A stretch of 64,000 nt of DNA from positions 60,016,001-60,080,000 of the forward strand of contig OZ024740.1 of the NCBI GenBank assembly GCA_964016885.1, given 5' to 3'. The stretch comes from Eledone cirrhosa (lineage: Eukaryota). Under the pieces are notes generated by a model. That model had not been told where the DNA came from and did not search any database. It saw only the letters and a list, made by a program, of their open reading frames with translations. The position numbers and the translations under genes were made by a program. Below, piece after piece: positions 14,575 to 27,694 of the stretch (position 1 is the stretch's first letter; the number at the start of each line of letters is the position of its first letter).

Positions 14575-15687
14575 ATCATAAATCATGTCCTTAGAATTAT
14601 TAGATAAAATATATACCATTTCCTCTCCCAATTAGTATAATTAACCATATAAAAAAATCAATTAAATAACCGAAAGCGGCCTCTAAATTTACACCTAATT
14701 GTGTATGGTTGACAGTATATTTATTCAGTTTCTAGATGCTGTTGAAATGTTGGATAAATACTCTATTGGGGTCACCGCAAAGAGGCCGCTTTCGGTTATT
14801 TATCAAATATTTCTTCATGGGAGCCTTTATTCTTAAAGCCTGGTCTAATTGATTTTTTATATGGTTAATTATGCTAATTGGGAGAGGAAATGGTATATAT
14901 TTTATCTAATAATTCTAAGGACATGATTTATGATATATTGCTCTGATAGTTTAATTTATTAATTCTTCATTGAGCCACAACGTGACCGGTTGCCACATAT
15001 ATATCTATGACTTTATGTATATGTAAATCTTTATATTTGATAATCTCCCTTTGGGTTGAGATACAATTGGGCGATATTGGGCTGCGCTTTCTAGCAACAA
15101 GCCTACCCGCCGTAAGCAACTAATCACATTCTTTCTAACTTGACCACTGCCACGTCACGATTCTTAGCCATTTTTTAATCTACATTTGGCGCGATGGCTT
15201 TGGAAAATTAATTGTCCAATCTTGAGTTTGTCTCCTGAAGAGTCTGTTACTCCGAATACATCCTAACAATAGGGTATCTAAAAATACGGACGAAACCATG
15301 GTAGAGATGTAATTACGGTATGTACACGTTTCTTCTAAGTTTAAATTTACACCTAATTGTGTATGGTTGACAGTATATTTAGTCAGTTTCAACATGCTGT
15401 TGAAAGGTTGGATAAATACTCTATTGGGGTCACCGCGAAGAGGCCGCTTTCGGTTATTTATCAAATATTTTTTCGTGGGAGCCTTTATTCTTAAAGCCTG
15501 GTCTAATTGATTTTTTATATGGTTAATTATGCTAATTGGGATAGGAAATGGTATATATGTTATCTAATAATTCTAAGGACATGATTTATGATATATTGCT
15601 ATGATAGTTTAATTTATTAATCCTTCATTGAGCCACAACGTGACCGGTTGCCACATATATATCTATGACTTTATGTATATGTAAATC

Positions 15688-15697
<10 letters not shown>
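14575..15697 (+). mobile_element. Hammerhead-bearing element: inverted segment plus 1.5 tandem units (period 658 bp), between (TA)n tracts
   Basis: 14684-15038 repeats at 15342-15697; 14575-14683 is the reverse complement of parts of 14781-14936. Confidence 0.8.
15230..15308 (+). ncRNA. Type I hammerhead ribozyme, canonical core
   Basis: GTCTC CTGAAGA GTCTGT...ACGGAC GAAA CCATGG TA GAGAT; G10.1-C11.1 pair intact; palindromic CCATGG stem III; predicted cut after 15303. Confidence 0.88.
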
Positions 15698-15743
<46 letters not shown>

Positions 15744-15904
15744 CAAATATTAAGCTATGTTTTATATTGCCTCGTCCAACGAACGTATGAAGACGTTTCT
15801 TTCGTATTCGCCTCATTCGGGAAACCTCTGGTAATGAGGTAATTATATTGTATTGTCATTTTTTATACATTAAATTTTGCTCTGGTACTTACATAAAACT
15901 TCAA

Positions 15905-15907
15905 TAC

Positions 15908-15946
<39 letters not shown>

Positions 15947-16065
15947 CACCTATATATACACATACGCACACATATATATATATATATATACATATATATA
16001 CATATACATATATATACACACATATACATATATAAATATATATATATATACACATATACATATAC

Positions 16066-16136
<71 letters not shown>

Positions 16137-16248
16137 TATATATATATACACACATTTGTGTGCGTATATGTGTGCATATACATGCATATACATATATATA
16201 TATATATACACACATATACGCACATACACACACATATACATACATATA

Positions 16249-16312
<64 letters not shown>

Positions 16313-16515
16313 CAAAATATATACATATATACATATATGTACATATACACATACACATACATAGACATATATATATACACACATATACACACATATATAT
16401 ATAGCATATATACACAAATACATACATATATATATATATACACAAATACACACATATATACATATATATATATATATACACAAATACACACATATATATA
16501 TATATATATATATTT

Positions 16516-16562
<47 letters not shown>

Positions 16563-16623
16563 TATATATACACACATATATACATACACACACACACACA
16601 TATATATACACACATATATACAT

Positions 16624-16688
<65 letters not shown>
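15905..16688. repeat. Compound (TA)n/(CA)n/(CATA)n microsatellite
   Basis: Directly visible in the sequence. Confidence 0.95.
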
Positions 16689-16689
<1 letters not shown>

Positions 16690-16741
16690 GCATAAAGAAA
16701 GTATATACTTTCAGACGTTCAATCATCTGGCAGGAAGGTAT

Positions 16742-16784
16742 ACGGTGCTGACGATAGCTAATAAGCTTGAAACTTGTACATCGT
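16742..16784 (+). ncRNA. Minimal hammerhead (family A, copy 1 of pair)
   Basis: ACGGTG CTGACGA tAGCTaataAGCTt GAAA CTTG TA CATCGT; predicted cut after 16778. Confidence 0.75.
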
Positions 16785-17175
16785 TCCTTTGTCAGTGTTG
16801 AACGAAAGGGCAACCATGGTTGCTAAACACTGTACGGCTTAATTCGGGATGTTTGTTTACAAACACACCGAGCATTATAATAAATGTTCGGTGAATCCAT
16901 ACGTACATATATATATGTGTGCATGTATGTATATATATATATATACATACTACTGTACGTCTGTATACATATATGTATGTACGTATACATACTTATATTT
17001 AAGTAACAGCCTTACTAAGAGTGAGAAATGAAATTTCGTTTCATTTTTTCCATTTATCGTTTTCGGTGGGCCCGGCCGATTAACTCACTCGATATGCAAA
17101 TTAGGCTGGTGAGCCGTTAATATGCACAAGGAAAGTATATACTTTCAGACGTTCAATATCCTGGCAGGAAGGTAT

Positions 17176-17218
17176 ACGGTGCTGACGATAGCTTATAAGC
17201 TTGAAACTAGTACATCGT
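17176..17218 (+). ncRNA. Minimal hammerhead (family A, copy 2 of pair)
   Basis: ACGGTG CTGACGA tAGCTtataAGCTt GAAA CTAG TA CATCGT; predicted cut after 17212. Confidence 0.8.
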
Positions 17219-17542
17219 TCGTTTGTCAGTGTTGAACAAATGGGCAACGATGATTGTTAAACACTGTACGGCTTAATTCGGAAATTTATTATACTTATTG
17301 ACCAACCAATCAAATTACTTCTCTAAAAACCTGGCGTTTCGAGCCACTTTTTTCCGTATAAAACAAGTAACATTCAACCAGATGTGAGAAAAACCACAGA
17401 CCCTCCATCTCAACTCTACTTTTGAAAAGCAGAAGAACAGTGAAACCGGTAAAGGAACCAAATAAATATATATATATATTTTTTTAAAAGAGACTCCATT
17501 TGCATTTTCGATTTCATCTTTTTTTCTATATATATATATATA

Positions 17543-17870
17543 TGGAGGCACATGACTTAGTGGTTAGACCTTGCAATCGAAAGGTTGTGAGTTCAATTCT
17601 CAGACTGGGTGATGTGTTGTTTCCTTGAGCAAGACACTTTATTTCACATTGCTCCAGTTTACTCAGCTGTAGAAGTGAGATGATAGGGATTGGGGTCCAC
17701 ATCATTTCACTACAAAGTGGTCGTGGAGGTGCCACGGCAAAAAAACACTAATCACTCACTGTAAATAAGGTTGGTGTTAGGAAGGGCATCGAGCTGTAGA
17801 ATTCAAGCCAGAATTAGTTGCCGTCCCACCCTTGCAAGCAGGGAAAAGTGGACGTAAAATGAAATGAAAA
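17543..17870 (+). mobile_element. tRNA-SINE family 2
   Basis: A-box tgacttagtggt, B-box gagttcaattc, ccttgagcaagacacttta core, ggttggtgttaggaagggcatc segment and (TGAAA)n tail; inverted relatives at ~37000 and ~51320-51470. Confidence 0.75.
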
Positions 17871-17903
17871 GAAAATGATATATTTGGTATAATACACACA
17901 CAT

Positions 17904-17963
<60 letters not shown>

Positions 17964-18246
17964 GCCTATACTCTACCGATGTATTGAGTACCTTTTTTAA
18001 CTGTGGTTACCCCCCGACACAACTCGGGAATATATATATATACATATACATATATATACTTATACATAATATATATATTTACATATATAATTTATATATA
18101 CATATACGTAATATATATATACATATACTTAATATATATATATACACATACATAATACACACATAATATATATATATACACACATACATAATATATATAT
18201 ATATTATTCAACATATTAACAAATTAAGATATTCACATAATCAAAA

Positions 18247-18318
18247 TATATGCTTTATTATATATATTTCGAAGGTACTGTGTTGTTTTTTCAGTACGTC
18301 CTCGTCAGATAAAATATA
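18247..18318 (-). ncRNA. Minimal hammerhead (family C)
   Basis: Reverse complement: TATATTTTAT CTGACGA GGAcGTACTG...CAGTACcTTC GAAA TATATA TA ATAAAGCATATA. Confidence 0.8.
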
Positions 18319-18390
18319 TGATTTGATATATGACATACCTCTACGGTCTTGATAGTTCAATTCCAGTATTGGCAGGTTTATATCTTTGGT

Positions 18391-18424
<34 letters not shown>

Positions 18425-18645
18425 GACATACATACTTATACATATGTACATAAACATACACACACATATATATATACATACACACATATACATACACAAG
18501 CATAAACACGCCCATGCACATATATATATATATATGTGGCTGTTTTTCTCTATCTATCTATCTATCTATCCATCTATCCATCTATGCCGCCGCCGCGTCT
18601 TGTAATGTCCCATTTTTGTACGCCCCTGTGGCAAATAAAGAAAGA

Positions 18646-18686
<41 letters not shown>

Positions 18687-19035
18687 GTTTGTATCACTCC
18701 ATTGCTTTTGGTTGTATTTTGACCCAGCTTCGTCCATCATCTGTTTAGCCTGTCCCACTGACAATGTCTTCTTAATCATCTGTCAAATTTCAATTCGTTT
18801 TCCTAAGACGACGTTCTCACTAAGCCAGTCTTTTTGTTTTCTATGAAATCCCCTTTCGACATCAGCTCCCGGCTCCCCACTCACCTTTCCACCTATCACC
18901 TTATCAACCCAACTGATAATAGGCTATAATGATTACTTCAGGGCAAACTGTCACCACAAACACCCACGTTACACACATACTCACAAACATGTACACACAC
19001 ACACTCACATGTAAATGAGAGTGTGTGTGTATGTG

Positions 19036-19087
<52 letters not shown>

Positions 19088-19124
19088 TAATATGTACATA
19101 TACATATGTGCATAAGATGTGTGT

Positions 19125-19201
<77 letters not shown>

Positions 19202-19202
19202 C

Positions 19203-19243
<41 letters not shown>

Positions 19244-19336
19244 TATATATATATATATATATATACATTACATATATATATATATATACATTACATATAT
19301 ATATATATATATATATGTACATATATATATACACAC

Positions 19337-19426
<90 letters not shown>

Positions 19427-19474
19427 ATATATATATATATGTGTGTGTGTATATGTATATGTATATATATATAC

Positions 19475-20416
19475 AATTCACAACATTTTCATCTGTTATT
19501 GTGAATTTAACCAATTTTTGTATCATAATCTCTAAAGCTCAGTGTGTGGTCATGCTCCTTCGTTATAGAAATCTACGATATAGAATTTCTTCAATTGAAA
19601 TTTACAATTCAGTATTTGAAATAGCTTCGATTGCGTCTTGACGCAGATAATTTTTTCAATTTCACCCACAATTACGCAAAAAATAGATAAAACTCAATAT
19701 TTTACGATTTTCTCTCTCATTTAAACTGCTGAACTCTTTCTACTACCATTCAAAATCTATACAACTTCATACTTTCTGCTACTTTCTCTTTCCAAGCTTG
19801 ATGGTGATACTGTCCGTTCACACCACTCCCTACTGTCTTAAATTTAGAAAACACATATCCTCTATGAGGTTACTAAACCTGCTAGAAACAGCAGCTAACT
19901 CTCCCCCATATCACACCCCTCCCTACTGTCTTAAATTTAGAAAACATATCTTCTATGAGGTCACTAAACCTGCTAGAAACAGCAGCTATCTCTCCCTCAT
20001 ATCACACCACTCCCTACTGTCTTAAATTTAGAAAACACATATCCTCTATGAGGTCACTAAACCTGCTAGAAACAACAGCTAACTCTCCCTCATATCACAA
20101 CGCTCCCTACTGTCTTAAATTTAGAAAACACAGACAACCATGCAGAACAACTCCATCGCAGCTCTGTTGTTCGGCTGGCATCGTCTACGCGCGTGTTGCG
20201 CAAGTACTGTGAAACAATAAATTTCAACACTTTTTTGCACAGAGATAATATCCATAGGCGAAACTACAATTGTCACTGCTGGCGCAGCTCCTGCTTCCAG
20301 GTCTGCAATTCATTCACCCAGTGCCTGGCAGACAAAAAAGTGCTGCCATAAAATGGGTGGTCCAACCTGACTTTGGTAACTTAATGACCCCGAGCAACAC
20401 CGGGCTTTAATGCTAG
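19475..20416 (+). mobile_element. Non-autonomous Helitron (3' end clear, 5' boundary uncertain)
   Basis: Subterminal hairpin CCCGagcaacacCGGG at 20389-20404, then CTAG|T at 20413-20417. Confidence 0.6.
19820..20131. repeat. Minisatellite, ~3.3 copies of a 91-93-bp unit
   Basis: tactgtcttaaatttagaaaacac/aaaacat starts at 19831, 19924, 20015 and 20108. Confidence 0.95.
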
Positions 20417-20483
20417 TATATTACATATCCGGACTGAGTGCTCTGCCAACTTTGGATATGATTTTTACGAAATTCACTACACT

Positions 20484-20659
20484 ATATTGTTATATTTGGG
20501 GAGGGTCATATTTGCGTAATATTGCCAGAATTAATAACAGAACACACTCACTGTTTGGTTGGTTTTCGCTTCTCGCTGTCTTTTACAAACAGTGAGTGTG
20601 TTCTGTTATTAATTCTGGCAATATTACGCAAATATGACCCTCCCCAAATATAACAATAT
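20484..20659. repeat. Foldback, 74-bp arms with 28-nt loop
   Basis: 20484-20557 is the reverse complement of 20586-20659; the arm end atgaccctcc..aa.ataacaatat recurs at 30967 and 55751. Confidence 0.9.
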
Positions 20660-20751
20660 CTGTTTCGACACACGATTTCATATAAAAAACCTCGCAAAAC
20701 TAACACTACACTATATATATATATATATATATATATGCTTCGTAGAATCGA

Positions 20752-20850
20752 GACGTATCCGAGGACCGCGCGATTTCAGAGTCAGGTTTGATCACCACAT
20801 CGACCGTGCCTGGAGCTGGTAGCTCGCCCGAGAAACAATTGTAATATGTC
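20752..20850 (+). ncRNA. Hammerhead with long stem II (family D), U4C variant
   Basis: GACGTAT CCGAGGA...GAAA CAATTG TA ATATGTC, followed by AATAAA. Confidence 0.6.
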
Positions 20851-20897
20851 CAATAAATTCCTTTCGTCGCAACACTGATTCTCTTTTTTCTGTGATA

Positions 20898-20939
<42 letters not shown>

Positions 20940-21076
20940 AGTTAAACAAGATTCAATGAATACATCAAAGAATGAGTTTTACAATAGATTGGAAGCACTC
21001 TACAGTAAAAAATATTTTCCAGAGTTATTAATATTAATTCAAAATATTAACAAAATAGATATTCTTATGATCAATT

Positions 21077-21146
21077 ATATTTTATTATACATATTTCAGA
21101 GGTACTGAATTAAGTTCAACAGTACGTCCTCATCGGATAAAATAAA
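21077..21146 (-). ncRNA. Minimal hammerhead (family C), left arm of inverted pair, U4C variant
   Basis: Reverse complement: TTTATTTTAT CCGATGA GGAcGTACTG...CAGTACcTCT GAAA TATGTA TA ATAAAATA. Confidence 0.65.
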
Positions 21147-21240
21147 AGGATACATGACATACCTTGATTAAATCTTAACCATTAAATCTACCTTGATTAA
21201 ATCTTAACCATCTACCATGTCAGGGTATGTCATGTATCAT

Positions 21241-21306
21241 TTTATTTTATCTGATGAGGACGTACTTTTGAACTTAATTCAGTACCTCTGAAATATCTAT
21301 AATAAT
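21241..21306 (+). ncRNA. Minimal hammerhead (family C), right arm of inverted pair
   Basis: TTTATTTTAT CTGATGA GGAcGTACT...AGTACcTCT GAAA TATCTA TA ATAA. Confidence 0.7.
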
Positions 21307-21572
21307 AATAATAATATATATATATATATATAGTGTGGTGAATTTGTATATATATATCTATATATATTGTTATACTGACAGATAGAGACGGATGGTAGAA
21401 AAGTGATATCACATCAGTTGATTGGTATATTACTTTTCCGGCATTCATTTCTCTCCGCCAGTGCAACTTCTCGTTTTATGTCTTGGCCCATATATCTTAT
21501 CCACTAAAGACTTTTAATTCTTTGTTTCCATAGATTTAGAAATGTGATACCTTTCTCTACCTCAGTCTTTAA

Positions 21573-21977
21573 CCCTTTAGCATTCACATTACTCTATATA
21601 TATATACTATTATATTTTCGCGGTAAAGGCTTTACCTCACATGATATCGAATCTATGAAATGTTTATATTATTTATTTGGTGGATTGGCAGTATCGGTAG
21701 AGGGTCGGACGCCATGCTTTCCAGCATAGTTACGTCCCTTTATGATCTGAGTTCAAATCCCGCCGAGGTTGACTTTGCCTTTCATCCTTACGGGGTCGAT
21801 AAAATAAAGTACCAGTAATGCACTGGGTAATTTGCTGGCCTTGTGCCTAAAGTAGAAACAATTATTTATTTTGAGAACAATACTTTAATGCCAGTATAAA
21901 CAGTTGGATACGGTTGGTTTGAACAAAAAGAAGTGAGAGAATTCTGGCCGGATATGGCAAGTTTAAATGCTAAAGGG
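21573..21977. mobile_element. piggyBac-type MITE carrying a nested SINE (21679-21860, +)
   Basis: TTAA|CCCTTTAGCATT...AATGCTAAAGGG|TTAA; the SINE is flanked by an attatttattt duplication. Confidence 0.85.
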
Positions 21978-22306
21978 TTAAATAATTTTAAATACATTTT
22001 TTTATCTTTCCGATTTCAATAGTTCAAGTTTTATAGAAAGTTCAATAGCTACGCTATCCCTATATAAAACAATCAAACAACATATGTAAATTTATCAAAC
22101 TTTCAAACTTCATTACTAAACAACACGTAAAAACCTTTTCACCTTGAAACTATATCCTTTTGATGTTCCAACCGACTCATGCCTGCTATCATTTTCTGAC
22201 TCACATTATATTTTTACATGTATTTATCTACAAAAATGTAGAGGGATTCGACAAAATATGATTCAGATCTTTCATATATAAATAAATACACGCAATGTAT
22301 AATGGT

Positions 22307-22690
22307 TTCTGAATTAGGCACAAGGCCAGCAATTTGAAGGGGAGAAGGAAAGTCGTTTAAATCGACCCCAGTTCATTACTAATGCTTTATGAAAGTAGCA
22401 TATTGTTTGCACTAGAATTATTCTACCAGGTAACATATCTAACCACCACCCAATGGCTGATAATAGTAAATAATGGTTTCTTATATAGGCACAAGGCCAG
22501 CAATTTTGGGGGAGGGGAAAGTCGATTAAATCGACCCCAGTACGTGACTGGTTCTTTATTTTATCGATCCCGTAAAGATGAAAGCTAAAGTTCAACTCGG
22601 CGGGATTTGAACTCAGAAGGTAAAGGTCCGTAACTCTATGCTACAAAGCATGGTGTCTGACGCTCTACCGACTCTGCCAATCCACCGCCC
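22307..22690 (-). mobile_element. SINE family 1 composite (full copy, spacer, second tail) inside a 20-bp direct repeat
   Basis: tacacgcaatgtataatggt at 22287-22306 and 22691-22710. Confidence 0.8.
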
Positions 22691-23205
22691 TACACGCAAT
22701 GTATAATGGTATACACTCACACAGAACCTCACCTACATACAAGGTATAAAAATACACACTTACACACAGATTGTTCATAGTGAGAGCACACAGTGTTCAA
22801 TCTGCTGCCAAGTATTCGGACTAGCTTTCTTGTTTGAGATAAACTCAATATCTTGGCATGCTACTTCCTAATACGACAACTCTTCCAGTAACAGAGATCC
22901 TGTAGATTAATTCATGGGCTTTGCTATTTCCCTTCTGAATAAAAGCTATTAAAAACTATAATATTACAAAAGCTGCATCCTAAAGGGTATAATTGCACTT
23001 TAGGACCTTATCAGTTTCTAATATTTTAAATGCGACCCACAAAGTAACTGTAACATAACTGAGATGGCCTCCGTGTTCCACACACAAACAACATATCACA
23101 CAACAATATATATATATATGTAAAAGTAAACAGAAATAACAACACGATCGGTACAGTATATGGAAGGGATATATTAGGTTAACGCTTGATATAACAGGAA
23201 GAGGG

Positions 23206-23241
23206 TCTTAACGTTTCGAACGCTAGTCTTTCATCAGAAGA
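23206..23241 (-). ncRNA. Ultra-minimal hammerhead-like motif
   Basis: Reverse complement: TCTT CTGATGA aaGACtagcGTTc GAAA CG TT AAGA; loopless AACGTT stem III could fold only as a dimer. Confidence 0.5.
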
Positions 23242-23348
23242 AAGAATGAGAAATAAGATAGATTGTGGGGACGGGCGGGTTGGAATTGGAAAAAATGTCT
23301 TTAGATAAAAATAACAGGTCCATTCATGTTGACATCTCTTGCAAACAC

Positions 23349-23980
<632 letters not shown>

Positions 23981-24229
23981 TTGGAAAAAATGAAACGAAA
24001 TTTCATTTCCCACTCTTAGTACGGCTGTTACTTAAATATAAGTATATATATATATATTATATATAGAATATTTAAGTATCGTGAGAGAGAAGAAGGAGTT
24101 TTAAGGGATAAGCGATACATATAGTTAATTGCCAAAAGCTGGTGCATTTGTGCTCAATACTTGTGCCTACAGGGTTAAAAATCGGAAGCGTTAATATTTA
24201 GCGGGCGAGAAAATAAGCAGAGCGGTTAC

Positions 24230-25233
24230 AAATGAAAGGATTACAAAGGAGAATACATACTGTCAGAACATGTTTATATAAAAGTACCTACGTACGTTTT
24301 GCCCGAAAAGGGCTTCTCAAGGACATAGAAAACTACAGAGTGTTCAGTACAGGACCCAGAATGGGGTTTTAAAGTGATACATACATCAAAGTTCATTCTT
24401 AATTCAAACATACGCGTTGTTATTGTCACGGAACAAGGGGAGTAACTCTGGCCGGTGTTTTGAATAATTGTCCCTAAAGGGCTTATCACCCGTTCACATG
24501 ATGGTGGTTTTCCATTACTAATTTGTGGGTGCTACATTTCTATTGTCAATTCAGGCAGGGTCTGAGATGTATAATTGGTGTACAGATGTTTATTTGCGCA
24601 GCCTACCCAACATCAGCTTCTCCACACACTGGGAAATTGACAGTAGGGCAGCACCGTACTACTTCAAGAGGAAATGCGAGCTCTGCCTCATGGAACTTTA
24701 CCATATCATAAGAGCACCCCTCGAGTTCATCAACAGCAGAGCAGAATCGGTGATAAACTGCAGACACAGAATACAGCAGTCTTTCTTCGAGTGAAAATTG
24801 ACAGAGATCTGAAAACCATAAACTGGGTCCCCCCGCACCAAACCATAACACTCCGGTGGGTAGGCTGCGCAAATAAACATCTGTACACCAACTATACATC
24901 TCAGATCCTGCCTGAATTGACAATAGTAAAGTAGCACCCACAAATTAGTAATGGAAAACCACCATCATATGAACGGGTGATAAGCCCTTTGGGGACAATT
25001 ATTCAAACACCGGCCAGGGTTATTCCCCTTTATCTGTGACCATAACAACGCGTATGTTTGAACTAAGAATGAACTTTGATGTATGTATCACTTTAAAACC
25101 CATTCTGGGTCCTGTACTGAACACTCTGTAGTTTTCTATGCCCTTGAGAAGCTCTTTTCGGACGAAACGTACGTAGGTGCTTTTATATAAACATGTTCTG
25201 ACAGTATATATTCTCCTTTGTAATCCTTTCATT

Positions 25234-25234
<1 letters not shown>
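24230..25234 (+). mobile_element. Penelope-like element 3' fragment with inverted pLTR (~380-bp arms)
   Basis: 24230-24609 is a diverged reverse complement of 24857-25234; the spacer encodes HWEIDSRAAPYYFKRKCELCLMELYHII...INSRAESVINCRHR, the C-terminal signature of PLE GIY-YIG endonucleases. Confidence 0.8.
25140..25180 (+). ncRNA. Hammerhead-like motif with U3-A8 core in pLTR
   Basis: cc TTGAGAA GCTCttttcGGAC GAAA CGTACG TA gg; the mirrored copy at 24284-24324 has a perfect GCCC/GGGC stem II; stem I is weak. Confidence 0.55.
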
Positions 25235-25280
<46 letters not shown>

Positions 25281-25376
25281 AAAACGAAAAATCAGTGATG
25301 CATCGGAACTCAATTTAGTGCTCATAGAGTGCTCAACCGGCATACTGCCTATGGAAGAATCTTAGCTACCATTAGA

Positions 25377-26230
<854 letters not shown>

Positions 26231-26231
26231 A

Positions 26232-26416
26232 TCTATCTATCTATCTAGGGCGGGTAAAATTCCCGAGATCCATGGACGAGTTCTCTCCAGCGGTCTCTGT
26301 CCCTCATTATCGCTGCCATGTCCTGCATCTCCAACAGACCAGTGTCTGTCCTCAGGGCATCAACATACGTTAACCTTGGTCTTCCTCTTCTAGTGTGTCC
26401 ATGTAGGGGCTCCCAA
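26232..26416 (-). mobile_element. RTE-clade LINE 3' end with (TAGA)n tail
   Basis: [27 protein letters not shown]...[11 protein letters not shown] then stop, followed directly by (ATAG)n. Confidence 0.85.
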
Positions 26417-27058
26417 TATATACACATACATATATGTATATATATGCATATGTGTGTGTGTGTGTGTGTATGTGTGTGTGTGTATATGTATGTGTGTATG
26501 TATATATATGTGTTTGTATATATGTGTGTGTATATGTTTGTATGTGTGTATGTGTATGTGTGTATGTGTGTATGTATATATGTGTGTATGTATGTATGTG
26601 TGTATGTATATATGTGTGTATGTATATATGTGTGTATGTATATATGTGTGTATGTATATATGTGTGTATGTATATATGTGTGTATGTATATATGTGTGTA
26701 TGTATATATGTGTGTATGTATATATGTGTGTATGTATATATGTGTGTATGTATATGTGTGTATGTATATATGTGTGTATGTGTATGTATGTGCATGTATA
26801 TGTATGTGTATGTATATGTATGTGTATGTATATATGTGTATGTATGTGTATATGTATGTATATATATGTGTATGTATATGTATATGTATGTATGTATATG
26901 TGTATGTATGTATATGTGTATGTATGTATATGTGTATGTATGTATATGTGTATGTATGTGTGTATGTATGTATATGTGTATATATATATGTATGTATGTA
27001 TGTATATGTGTATGTATATGTGTATGTATATATATGTGTATATATATATGTATATATG

Positions 27059-27099
<41 letters not shown>

Positions 27100-27196
27100 G
27101 TATGTATATGTGTATGTATATGTGTATGTATGTGTGTATGTATGTATGTATGTATATATATATGTATATGTATATGTATATGTGTATGTATATGTG

Positions 27197-27243
<47 letters not shown>

Positions 27244-27457
27244 GTATGTATATATGTATGTATGTGTATATGTATATATATGTGTATATATATGTGTATA
27301 TGTGTGTGTATATGTATGTGTATATGTATGTGTATATGTATGTATATATGTATATATATGTGTATATATATGTGTATATATGTGTGTATGTGTATATATG
27401 TGTGTATATATATATGTGTATATATATGTATATATATATGTATATATATATGTGTGT

Positions 27458-27490
<33 letters not shown>

Positions 27491-27690
27491 TGTATATGTA
27501 TGTATGTATGTATATATATATATATGATGTATATGTATGTATGTATATGTATGTATATGATGTATATGTATGTATATATATATATATGATGTATATATAT
27601 ATGTATGATGTGTATGTATGTATGTATGTATGTATATATATATGTATGTCTGTATATATATATGTATGTATGTATGTATATATGTATGTA
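26417..27690. repeat. Compound (TG)n/(TATG)n/(TATATG)n microsatellite
   Basis: Directly visible in the sequence. Confidence 0.95.
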
Positions 27691-27694
27691 TTAT

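Larger units (their letters stand above)
16690..17283 (+). mobile_element. Family A element with two tandem hammerheads (434-bp period)
   Basis: gaaagtatatactttcagacgttcaat at ~16697 and ~17131; homologous to 4640-5296. Confidence 0.85.

Noticed and set aside
19820-20131. Possible CRISPR-like array
   Set aside because: Entire units repeat with no unique spacers, there are no cas genes, and the context is eukaryotic
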